Shown here one piece after another: positions 31,114 through 39,112 of a stretch of 64,000 bases of DNA (positions are counted from its first letter, which is position 1; each line of letters starts with the position of its first letter). A program made the translations under genes and the position numbers. Source of the DNA: Actinomycetes bacterium (GTDB taxonomy: Bacteria; Actinomycetota; Acidimicrobiia; Acidimicrobiales; RAAP-2); assembly GCA_021785695.1 (NCBI GenBank), contig JAJYEQ010000004.1:11840-75839 (forward strand), given 5' to 3'. The notes under the pieces are model-generated. The model did not search any database. It saw only the letters and a program-made list of their open reading frames with translations, and was not told the DNA's origin.

Positions 31114-31512
31114 GGGGACGATGACGACGGGCACCGTCGCGTGCTCGGCGAGCTCCAGGCTCGTCGACCCGAGCAGGCGCCCGCCGTGGGTGGTGTGTCC
31201 CCGGGTGCCGACCACGATCAGGTCAGCCGCCGGCTCGAGCTCGGCCGCGCGCAGCAGCGTCGTGCACGGGTCGCCGTCGTCGAAGGCGAAGTGGACCCGC
31301 GCGGCCGGCAGGCGCGACGCGGCGACCCGGGCGGCGACCTGGTCGGGCAGGTGGGTCACGTCGCGGTGCTCGTAGCGCTCTAGCAGCCCCGTCGCGTGGA
31401 GCACCAGCACTTCGGCGCGGCACGAGCCGGCCATCATCAAGGCGAAGTCGAGGGCCCCGTCGGCGTGCGCTGACCCGTCGTAGCCCACCACGATCCGCGA
31501 CGGTCTCTTCAT
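31087..31512 (-). CDS. universal stress protein (UspA family)
   Basis: 141 aa. IVVGYDGS at the N-terminus and the ATP-binding type motif VVGTRGHTTHGGRLLGSTSLELAEHATVPVVIV. The ATG at 31512 overlaps the deacetylase stop (ATGA). Confidence 0.88.
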   Translation of the reverse strand: MKRPSRIVVGYDGSAHADGALDFALMMAGSCRAEVLVLHATGLLERYEHRDVTHLPDQVAARVAASRLPAARVHFAFDDGDPCTTLLRAAELEPAADLIVVGTRGHTTHGGRLLGSTSLELAEHATVPVVIVPLQEGPAGA

Positions 31513-32546
31513 GGTGCCTCCCCGAGCGCCTGGGCCCGCACCAGCTGGAGCGTCTGGTGGCGCTCGGTGCGGATGCGGGCCACCTGGTCCACGCCGGGGC
31601 CGCCCTGGCTGCGATCCTCCAGCGGCGTGGGGGCGTCGAGCAGCGCGGCCAGCGTCCCGGCGACCGAGTGGCGCAGCGCGTCCAGGTCGTAGCCGCCCTC
31701 CAGGTAGATCGCCAGGCGGCCGGGGCGCGCGAAGCCGCGCACCCAGGCCGCGAGGCGCGCGTAGTCCCCGCTGGTCATCTCGAAGTCGGCCATCGGGTCG
31801 TCGCGGTGCCCGTCGAATCCAGCCGAGATCAGCGTCCAGGTGGGGTCGAAGTCGTCGATGACGGGCCCGGCGACCTCCTCGAGTGCCTGGAGGACCACGT
31901 CGCCGGTGGCCCCGGCGGGCAGGGGCAGGTTCACCGTGCGGTCCACGGCCGCCAGGCCGCCGACCTCGGCGGCCACGCCGCTGCCCGGGAAGAGCGGCCA
32001 CTCGTGGGCCGACACGTAGAGCACGTCGGGGTCGTTCCAGAAGATGGCCTGGGTCCCGTTGCCGTGGTGCACGTCCCAGTCGATCACCGCCACGCGCTCG
32101 CCGGCGCTGCGCAGGGCCGCGGCGGCCACCGCCACGTTGTTGATCAGGCAGAAGCCCATGGCGCGGTCGCGCAGGGCGTGGTGGCCCGGCGGGCGCACGG
32201 CCACGAAGCCGACGCCCTCGCCGCGCCGGTGGAGCTCCTCGAGCACGGCCAGCCCCGTCCCGGCGGCCTGCTGGGCGAGCGGCCACGAGTCGTAGGTGGC
32301 GTAGGTGTCGGGGTCCAACTCGCCGCCGCCCTCGAAGCAGAAGGCGCCCAGGTGGTCGAGGTACACCGGCTCGTGCACGCGCGCCAGCTCGGCGCGGCCG
32401 GCGCTGCGCACGGGCACGCGCACCACGTCGCTGTCCAGGTGGAGGTCGGCGACGCCCGCCCATACGGCGTCGAGGCGCGCGGGCCGCTCGGGATGCCCGG
32501 GATCCTCGTGTCCCGTCGAGTCGAGGATCTCGTGGGTGATCAGCAT
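31509..32546 (-). CDS. histone-deacetylase-family (AcuC/HDAC class) zinc amidohydrolase / protein or polyamine deacetylase
   Basis: RPPGHHA, DWDVHHGNGTQ and EGGY blocks of the arginase/deacetylase superfamily. 345 aa. Confidence 0.88.
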   Translation of the reverse strand: MLITHEILDSTGHEDPGHPERPARLDAVWAGVADLHLDSDVVRVPVRSAGRAELARVHEPVYLDHLGAFCFEGGGELDPDTYATYDSWPLAQQAAGTGLAVLEELHRRGEGVGFVAVRPPGHHALRDRAMGFCLINNVAVAAAALRSAGERVAVIDWDVHHGNGTQAIFWNDPDVLYVSAHEWPLFPGSGVAAEVGGLAAVDRTVNLPLPAGATGDVVLQALEEVAGPVIDDFDPTWTLISAGFDGHRDDPMADFEMTSGDYARLAAWVRGFARPGRLAIYLEGGYDLDALRHSVAGTLAALLDAPTPLEDRSQGGPGVDQVARIRTERHQTLQLVRAQALGEAP

Positions 32547-32547
32547 G

Positions 32548-33186
32548 TCAGCGCAGGGCGGTGGCCCGCGCCGCAGCCCAGCGCTGCCGGCGCGCCTCGC
32601 GGGCCGCCTCGCTCTCGGGCGTGGGGGCGATGGGGAAGCGCACGTAGATGATCTCGTCCTCCAGTCGCGCCGTCACGGGGAACCCCGAGGCGCGAAAGAC
32701 CGCCATCATCGCACGGTTGTCAGCCTGCGTCTCGGCGACCAGGGTGGTGATGCCGCAGTCCCAGGCGGCTTGGGCCAGATGGTCGAGCAGGAGCAGGCCC
32801 AGCCCCTGGTGCTGGTAGTTGTCCGACACCAGGAACGCCACCTCGGCACGATCCGAGGTGTCGATGCGGTCGTAGCGGCCCACCGCCACCAGGTCTTGGT
32901 GCTCGATGATGATGAAGGCCATGCGGTCCACGTAGTCCACGGTCGTCAGGTGGGTCAGCTCGGCCGCCGACAGCTCGGGATGCAGCGAGAAGTAGCGGCG
33001 AAAGACCGAGTCGGGGGAGAGCGCGCCGTGGAACCGCTGGAGGATCTCCGCGTCGTCGGGGCGGATGGGGCGCAGCACGTAGGTCACGCCGTGCTCGGTC
33101 GTCACGCGGCGGGTGAGGTGCGCCGGGTAGATCCCGGGCCGCGGCGACGGAGCCACCTCGGCGGGCCGGTCTTGCAACTCGATCAT
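32548..33186 (-). CDS. GNAT-family N-acetyltransferase (resembles the GNAT module of Pat-type protein lysine acetyltransferases)
   Basis: AcCoA-binding motif QHQGLGLLLLDHL. 212 aa from the ATG at 33186. The stop lies 1 nt before the deacetylase ATG. The upstream part of the 367-aa track ORF is non-coding run-on. Confidence 0.8.
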   Translation of the reverse strand: MIELQDRPAEVAPSPRPGIYPAHLTRRVTTEHGVTYVLRPIRPDDAEILQRFHGALSPDSVFRRYFSLHPELSAAELTHLTTVDYVDRMAFIIIEHQDLVAVGRYDRIDTSDRAEVAFLVSDNYQHQGLGLLLLDHLAQAAWDCGITTLVAETQADNRAMMAVFRASGFPVTARLEDEIIYVRFPIAPTPESEAAREARRQRWAAARATALR

Positions 33187-33390
33187 GGGGCGCCTTTCTC
33201 TACCCCCCGGGTTGACGTTCCCCCGTGGCCCCGTCATACCACCGCCGGGCGGTGCGCGCGACCCCAAAGTCGTGATGCTCGGCATCACTTTTGGTGATGA
33301 GCCATAGGGACCATCCGCACGAGCCAGATCAGGCGCCAGTAAACTGAGTGAAATCTCAGTAAGATTCTTGCGAGCGGAAGCGAGGTTCCC

Positions 33391-33606
33391 GTGGTGTCCG
33401 AGGCGATCATCCCCACCGATGACTGGTCGATCTACGACCGCGTCGCCGATGCCGCCGCCTCGGGGGCGATGGTGTCGCTGATGGTTGGCGACGAGGTCAT
33501 CGAGCTGCCCACCGATCTGGTCGACGCCCTGCGCCAGAGCGCCGAGTTCCTGGCGCGCGACAAGGCCGTCGTGATCACGTCGCGTTCGCGACTGCGCTTC
33601 GCCTAA
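33391..33606 (+). CDS. small acidic hypothetical protein (71 aa)
   Basis: GTG start, and strong GC3 bias typical of local coding sequence despite AT-richer flanks. No family recognised. It lies just upstream of pilB on the same strand. Confidence 0.45.
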   Translation: MVSEAIIPTDDWSIYDRVADAAASGAMVSLMVGDEVIELPTDLVDALRQSAEFLARDKAVVITSRSRLRFA

Positions 33607-33753
33607 ACGCCGCGCGGCGCGAACATACTTCACATTTCGCGACACGCTCACTACGCTGGGTCCGAGCAGAGGCGTGGCGTCGTTGCGTGGCGGGGTTGCG
33701 CTGGTGCTCGCCGTGTGAGAGATTCACTACCTACCGCGCAGAACGGAGTGTCG

Positions 33754-35610
33754 GTGGCGTTTAAGCGGCGAGACAAAGACGCTCCTCGAAAGGACCACAA
33801 GAAGGACGGGTCCCACAAGGGGCATGAGGCGCCGGCCCGCGCGTCGGGCGCGACCGCCGTGGGCCTCGTCGATCGGCAAGAAGACGAGTTCGCCGAGTTC
33901 GAGCTGGGGGGCATCAGCGCAGAGAACGCGCCCACCCCGGGCCGTCTGGGCGACACGCTGGTCAAGTCGGGAGCCATCACCACCGAGCAGCTGGCTCGGG
34001 CCCTCCACGAGCAGAAGCGCAGCGGCCAGCGCCTGGGCGAGATCCTGGTCGCTTCGGGCGCCATCGACGAGCGCTCCTTGACGACCGCCCTGTCGATCCT
34101 GCTGTCTTTGCCCGTCGTCAATCTCCACCAAGTGGATGTCGACGTGACGGTCCTCAAGATGCTCGAGGAGGAGTTCGCGCGCGAGTTCTTCGTCGTGCCA
34201 GTGCGGGACGACGCCGGAACCATCGTGGTGGCCTGCTCCGAGCCACGACCCGAGCTGACCGACGAGGTGGCGCGTCGCATTGGACGTCCCGTGCGCCTGG
34301 AAATCGCCTCGCTGTCGGACGTGCGGTGGGCCCTCGACTCCAACTACCGGGCCATCAGCGATGTGGGGTCCCTGGTCGAAGCCTTCAAGGCCGTCGAGGA
34401 GTCGCGGCGGCGCGGGCCCGACGTCGCGGTGCCCGAGATCGTGGCCGACGACGCGCCCATTGTCCAGGTGGTCGATCGGCTCATCACTCAGGCCATGCGC
34501 GACCGCGCCTCGGACGTCCACATCGAGCCCTCCAACGACGTGGTGCGCGTGCGCTTCCGCATCGACGGCGCACTCAGCCAGGTCCTCGAGCTGCCGGCCT
34601 CCATGGGGCCGGGACTGGTCAGCCGCATCAAGATCATGGCCGACATGAACATCGTCGAGCGCCGCCGTCCCCAGGACGGCCAACTCACCATGACGATCGA
34701 CGGCAAGGAGGTCGACGTCCGGGTCTCGACCGTGGCCACGATCATGGGCGAGAAGTGCGTGATGCGCATCTTGGACAAGACGCGCTCCCTGCTGCGCCTG
34801 GCCGACCTCGGGATGCCGACCGACACCCACCACGCCTACTCCAAGTTGGTGCGCGCCCCCTTCGGCATGGTGCTGTGCGCCGGGCCGACGGGGAGCGGCA
34901 AGACGACCACGCTGTACGCCACGGTGTCCGAGATCGGCAACGAGGCCATCAACGTCATGACCATCGAGGACCCCGTCGAGTACGTGTTCCCCATGATCAA
35001 CCAGATCCAGACCAACGACACCGCGGGCCTGACCTTTGCCACCGGCCTCAAGTCGATCCTGCGCCAGGACCCCGACGTGATCCTGGTCGGCGAGGTGCGT
35101 GACGTCGAGACGACGCGCGTGGCCGTCCAGTCCGCCCTGACCGGGCACTTCGTCATCTCGTCGATGCACGCGACCGACGCCGTGGCCGCCCTGCACCGCC
35201 TGCTCGACATGGGCATCGAGTCGTTCCTGGTGGCCTCGTCGGTGCTGGCCGTGGTCGGCCAGCGCCTGCTGCGCCGGATCTGCACCTCGTGCAAGACGCA
35301 GTACCGGCCGACCGACGAGGAGCTGCTCTTCTACGAGGAGAGCGGGGGCGAGCCCAAGGAGACCTTCTACCACGGCGCGGGGTGCAACTACTGCAGCCAC
35401 ACCGGCTACCAGGACCGCATCGGCATTTACGAGCTGCTCACCATGACACCCGAGATCCGGCGCCTGATCGTCGGCTGGGCGACCCAGGAGGAACTGCGGA
35501 CCCTCGCCGTCAAGCAGGGCATGCGCACGCTGCGCCAGGAGGCCCTCAACCTGGTGGCCCGGGACGTCACCACGATCAACGAGGTCATCCGGAGCGTGTA
35601 CACGCTATGA
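33754..35610 (+). CDS. pilB: type IV pilus assembly ATPase PilB (GspE family) with an N-terminal MshEN-type domain
   Basis: Walker A GPTGSGKTTTL, VILVGEVRD and a tetracysteine CTSC...CNYC. The N-terminal tandem RLG..LV..GAI motif is described in the findings. The GTG at 33754 follows GGAG. The track start at 33715 is possible. Confidence 0.92.
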   Translation: MAFKRRDKDAPRKDHKKDGSHKGHEAPARASGATAVGLVDRQEDEFAEFELGGISAENAPTPGRLGDTLVKSGAITTEQLARALHEQKRSGQRLGEILVASGAIDERSLTTALSILLSLPVVNLHQVDVDVTVLKMLEEEFAREFFVVPVRDDAGTIVVACSEPRPELTDEVARRIGRPVRLEIASLSDVRWALDSNYRAISDVGSLVEAFKAVEESRRRGPDVAVPEIVADDAPIVQVVDRLITQAMRDRASDVHIEPSNDVVRVRFRIDGALSQVLELPASMGPGLVSRIKIMADMNIVERRRPQDGQLTMTIDGKEVDVRVSTVATIMGEKCVMRILDKTRSLLRLADLGMPTDTHHAYSKLVRAPFGMVLCAGPTGSGKTTTLYATVSEIGNEAINVMTIEDPVEYVFPMINQIQTNDTAGLTFATGLKSILRQDPDVILVGEVRDVETTRVAVQSALTGHFVISSMHATDAVAALHRLLDMGIESFLVASSVLAVVGQRLLRRICTSCKTQYRPTDEELLFYEESGGEPKETFYHGAGCNYCSHTGYQDRIGIYELLTMTPEIRRLIVGWATQEELRTLAVKQGMRTLRQEALNLVARDVTTINEVIRSVYTL

Positions 35611-36986
35611 GTGCGGCCGAGGGCGACAAGTCGACGCGGGCCGACGCGAAGCGCGCGGCCAAGAAGGAGCACGAGGACGCCCGGGCTCGCCGGCGCGAGA
35701 ACGCGGTGGCCAAGAGCACCAGCAAGGATCGGCGGCGCACTCGCGGCAAGAAGCCCAAGAAGCAAAAGGATCTGCCGATAAAGCAGTTCAACTTCGTGGC
35801 CTTGGACGAGCAAGGGCAGTCGGTCAAGGGGGTCGAGAAGGCGATCTCGGCGGGGGCGGCCCACATGGCTCTCCTGCGCCGCGGCCTGCAGCCAGTCGAG
35901 GTGTCCGAGAAGCGCAGCATCCTCAAGTTCGAGATAACCAAGAAGATGGTCCCGCGCAAGGAGGTGATGAACTTCTCGCGTCAGCTCTCCGTCTTCATCC
36001 GTGCGGGAGTCCCCATCATGGAGTCGCTCGAGGTGATCCTCGAGGAGACGACGGGCAAGATAATGCGGATCGTGATCGCCGACATGATCGACTCGCTGCG
36101 CAATGGCGACACCTTCGCTGCTGCCGCGGCCGCTCATCCCGAGGCGTTTCCCAACTACTTCGTCGGGATCCTGGAGTCCGCCGAGTTGACGGGCAACCTG
36201 GACGTGGTCTTGAACCAGCTGGCCGACTACATGGACCGTGACCTGAAGGCGCGGGCCAAGATCACGTCGGCTCTGATCTATCCGGTGGTGGTCGCCGTGA
36301 TGTCGGTTGTGGTCGTGATCGTGTTGACCGTCTTCGTCCTCCCGCGCTTCGTGGTTTTCTTCAAGTCACTCGACGCCAAGCTCCCGCTGGTCACGCGGAT
36401 GCTGCTCAACTTCTCGGGCTATCTGACGCGGTGGTGGTTCCTCGTCGTGGGGGCGCTCGTTCTGCTCGTCGTCGGCTTCCTGACGATGCGCCGGACCCAG
36501 AACGGTCGAGCCATCCTGGACTCCTGGATTCTGCGCATCCCCGTCATCGGCGACATCACCCAGACGTCGATTCTCGAGCGCACCATGCGCATCCTCGCCT
36601 CGATGCTTCGAGCGGGTGTGGACATGCCTCGCTCGATGGCGGTGATGGCCGAGTCCGCTAACAACAGTGTGTATCGAACAGCCATCGAGCACATCCGCGA
36701 CGAGATGATGGAGGGCCAGGGTCTGGCGACACCGCTCGCGCGTACGGGGCTCTTCCCCGGAGCCGCGCGCCAGATGCTGCGGGTTGGCGAGGAGACCGGA
36801 ACGCTCGACACACAATTGGAAGTGGCCGCTGCCTACTATGGACGCGAACTCGAGACGAAGGTCGACCACGCGACGTCGCTCTTTGAGCCGGCCATCATTC
36901 TCGCAATGGGCGTCGTCGTAGGATTTGTTGCGATTGCGTTGATATCCGCAATGTATGGTATCTACAACCAGGTCCAGGTGCACTGA
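35607..36986 (+). CDS. pilC: type IV pilus platform protein PilC (GspF family)
   Basis: Two T2SSF-like repeats (FSRQLSVFIRAGVPI and RILASMLRAGVDM) and 3 TM segments. The ATG at 35607 overlaps the pilB TGA (ATGA). There is a K/R-rich N-terminal tail of about 60 aa. Confidence 0.9.
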   Translation: MSAAEGDKSTRADAKRAAKKEHEDARARRRENAVAKSTSKDRRRTRGKKPKKQKDLPIKQFNFVALDEQGQSVKGVEKAISAGAAHMALLRRGLQPVEVSEKRSILKFEITKKMVPRKEVMNFSRQLSVFIRAGVPIMESLEVILEETTGKIMRIVIADMIDSLRNGDTFAAAAAAHPEAFPNYFVGILESAELTGNLDVVLNQLADYMDRDLKARAKITSALIYPVVVAVMSVVVVIVLTVFVLPRFVVFFKSLDAKLPLVTRMLLNFSGYLTRWWFLVVGALVLLVVGFLTMRRTQNGRAILDSWILRIPVIGDITQTSILERTMRILASMLRAGVDMPRSMAVMAESANNSVYRTAIEHIRDEMMEGQGLATPLARTGLFPGAARQMLRVGEETGTLDTQLEVAAAYYGRELETKVDHATSLFEPAIILAMGVVVGFVAIALISAMYGIYNQVQVH

Positions 36987-37015
36987 AGGCTGTCGGCCGG
37001 GGCGGGGAGGTGTGC

Positions 37016-38482
37016 GTGAACGTTCGTCATCAACTCCCCCCGCGGGGGAGCATCGCAAAACCGGCGAAGCGGGAGTTAACCCGTCTCGTTCGTCTGCGGA
37101 GTGCCGGAGAGTCGGGATTCACCCTGATCGAGATGCTGGTGACCTTCCTCATCATCCCCGTCCTCATTGGTGCGGCGACGTTCTCGCTCATTGGGCTGAT
37201 GAAGGGCCACGCCACGGTGGCGAATCGCCTGACGTCGTCCGCGGACGCCCAAGTGGTCTCCTCGTCGTACTTCAACGATCTCCAGAGTGCGTCGCTGATC
37301 ACCCTGGACCCGTCCGCCGTCTCGCCCGCGGTGTGCCTCCCGAGCCTGCCGGGCGCCGACGAGTGGCTGCTAGGTCTCCAAATTCCAGCGTCACCGGGAC
37401 CGGCGACGCTGGACGTCTCCTACGGCCTGGTTCCCAGCTCCACCTTTGGCAACTTGTCCACGTGGGCGCTCGTGCGTTGGCAGTGCTCCATTGGCGACCA
37501 GGGCCAGGTCAACTACGACTCCATGGCTACCTTGGCCAGCCACGTGCCCAGTTCGAGCTTGAACGTCAGCATTTCAGGGGCCTCGTGCTCGCCTACGGCA
37601 TCGGGCTCGGAGTGCCTCACGAACCTCACGACGCCGACCCTGACTCAAGCGGCGAAGGGCGTGTGGATCTCGACGTACGGCATCCAGGCTGTAACGATCG
37701 ACGTCGTCGACACTGGGCTATCGGGGACCGGTGGCGGCTGGAGCTACAGCATTGGGGCGAGTCCTCGCAACTGGGTCCACGTGGTATGCGACCAGGGGAA
37801 CTGCAGCACCAGTGGCCAGCCGATTCAGAGCCCGGGCCTGGTCCTGGGTCTTGGTGGAGGATCGGGGAACACCACATTCAACGGCAACCCCTGCAATGTT
37901 TCTGCCGTTGCAGTGGGGCTCAATCGGTTGAAAATCTCCCAGCAAGGCAACTCGAATCCCTTCTCTGGTGTGACCAACGTCTACGGGACCGGCTACGGCA
38001 CCTCGACGACGGTCTACTTTGGTCCCCACAACAGCCTTCCACTGTCCATCAACTATGCGACGACATCCGATCCGCTGGCCAAGGACACTCTTTCCACGGC
38101 GGAGAGCCTGCTTGGATTCACCTCGATCAAGTACCTGGAGTCCTCCTGGCCCGCGACCTTCACTGCGGGCACGATGTACGTCATCGCATCAACGGCGCCG
38201 GCGCTGCAGACGATCCCCACGATCGACATGTCGAGCTCGGGTGGCTCCATCCTTCTGTGGGATGCCTTGCCATATAACACCTCACCGTCGCAGCTCGAAA
38301 TCAAAGGGAACACAACAGTCAATCTCGGACAGTACGGCATCCTGTATGCGCCAGCCACCACTCTGAGCGTGGCTGGAACAGCCAAGCTCACCGCGGAGAG
38401 TGTGATCGTGCAGAACCTGACCTGCAGTGGTGGAGGAACCGGCTCTAACTTGTCTCTCACCTCTCAGTACCCGAACTCCTAA
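37016..38482 (+). CDS. large pilin-like protein (prepilin-type N-terminal cleavage/methylation domain, about 488 aa), candidate minor pilin or tip adhesin
   Basis: Class III signal G|FTLIEMLV followed by a hydrophobic helix. The remainder is S/T/G/N-rich with 8 Cys. The GTG at 37016 is preceded by GGAGG (37006-37010). Locally lower GC. Confidence 0.8.
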   Translation: MNVRHQLPPRGSIAKPAKRELTRLVRLRSAGESGFTLIEMLVTFLIIPVLIGAATFSLIGLMKGHATVANRLTSSADAQVVSSSYFNDLQSASLITLDPSAVSPAVCLPSLPGADEWLLGLQIPASPGPATLDVSYGLVPSSTFGNLSTWALVRWQCSIGDQGQVNYDSMATLASHVPSSSLNVSISGASCSPTASGSECLTNLTTPTLTQAAKGVWISTYGIQAVTIDVVDTGLSGTGGGWSYSIGASPRNWVHVVCDQGNCSTSGQPIQSPGLVLGLGGGSGNTTFNGNPCNVSAVAVGLNRLKISQQGNSNPFSGVTNVYGTGYGTSTTVYFGPHNSLPLSINYATTSDPLAKDTLSTAESLLGFTSIKYLESSWPATFTAGTMYVIASTAPALQTIPTIDMSSSGGSILLWDALPYNTSPSQLEIKGNTTVNLGQYGILYAPATTLSVAGTAKLTAESVIVQNLTCSGGGTGSNLSLTSQYPNS

Positions 38483-38487
38483 GTCGT

Positions 38488-39102
38488 ATGTCCTCCTTGA
38501 CACCAAGCACCGTGGGGCTTCGAGCAGACGACGGCGCGCCTCGGAGGGGACGATCGGGTCGGCGTGTTGGTGAGCCCAGAAGATCGGACCGCGGTGACAC
38601 CCTGCTCGAGGTGCTGCTCGCCCTGCTGGTCATCTCCCTGACGTCAGTCGCGCTGATGTCGGGCTACGCCACGACGATCGCGGGATCGGCCACCCACCAG
38701 AGCCTCGCCGGACTCGACGTCGCTCTCCGCGACGCCGCCGAGCAGGTGACCTACCAGATCCAGTCGCAGCCGAGCCCGGACTACACCCCTTGCGCCACAG
38801 TTAGCGGTGCAGTCACCTCGGGCCAATCGGGCCAGACCAGCACGCTCAAGTATGGTCCGCACCTGTTGGATATGTCGGGTGTCGTACTGACAGGGGGGGA
38901 GTCGCTGTCGCTGAGTGCCCCCGAGTACTGGAATCTCCCGGCGAGCAACCCCACGTCCGGGACCTCCGGGACCTGGGTCAAGAACTGTCCGACCGACAAC
39001 CGACGCGGCGCGCAACTTCTGACCTTGAATGCCTTCGGACGTCACGGGGTGGCCGAAGCTGTGCAGATCGTCGTGATCGACCTTGCTGGTTCGGGTACCT
39101 AG
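38488..39102 (+). CDS. pseudopilin/minor pilin-like protein with an atypical class III signal (G|DTLLEVLLAL)
   Basis: A 36-aa Arg-rich leader, then G-DTLLE with Glu at +5 and a hydrophobic helix LLALLVISLTSVALM. 204 aa. Confidence 0.7.
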   Translation: MSSLTPSTVGLRADDGAPRRGRSGRRVGEPRRSDRGDTLLEVLLALLVISLTSVALMSGYATTIAGSATHQSLAGLDVALRDAAEQVTYQIQSQPSPDYTPCATVSGAVTSGQSGQTSTLKYGPHLLDMSGVVLTGGESLSLSAPEYWNLPASNPTSGTSGTWVKNCPTDNRRGAQLLTLNAFGRHGVAEAVQIVVIDLAGSGT

Positions 39103-39112
39103 GGGTGTCGTG

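Noticed and set aside
37016-38482. Enrichment of N-x-S/T sequons (10) in the large pilin-like protein as evidence for N-glycosylation, possibly by the GT-C-like protein at 50113.
   Set aside because: The protein is so rich in Ser/Thr that I estimate roughly half that number would arise by chance. No oligosaccharyltransferase signature (such as WWDYG) was seen. It is kept only as a side note.
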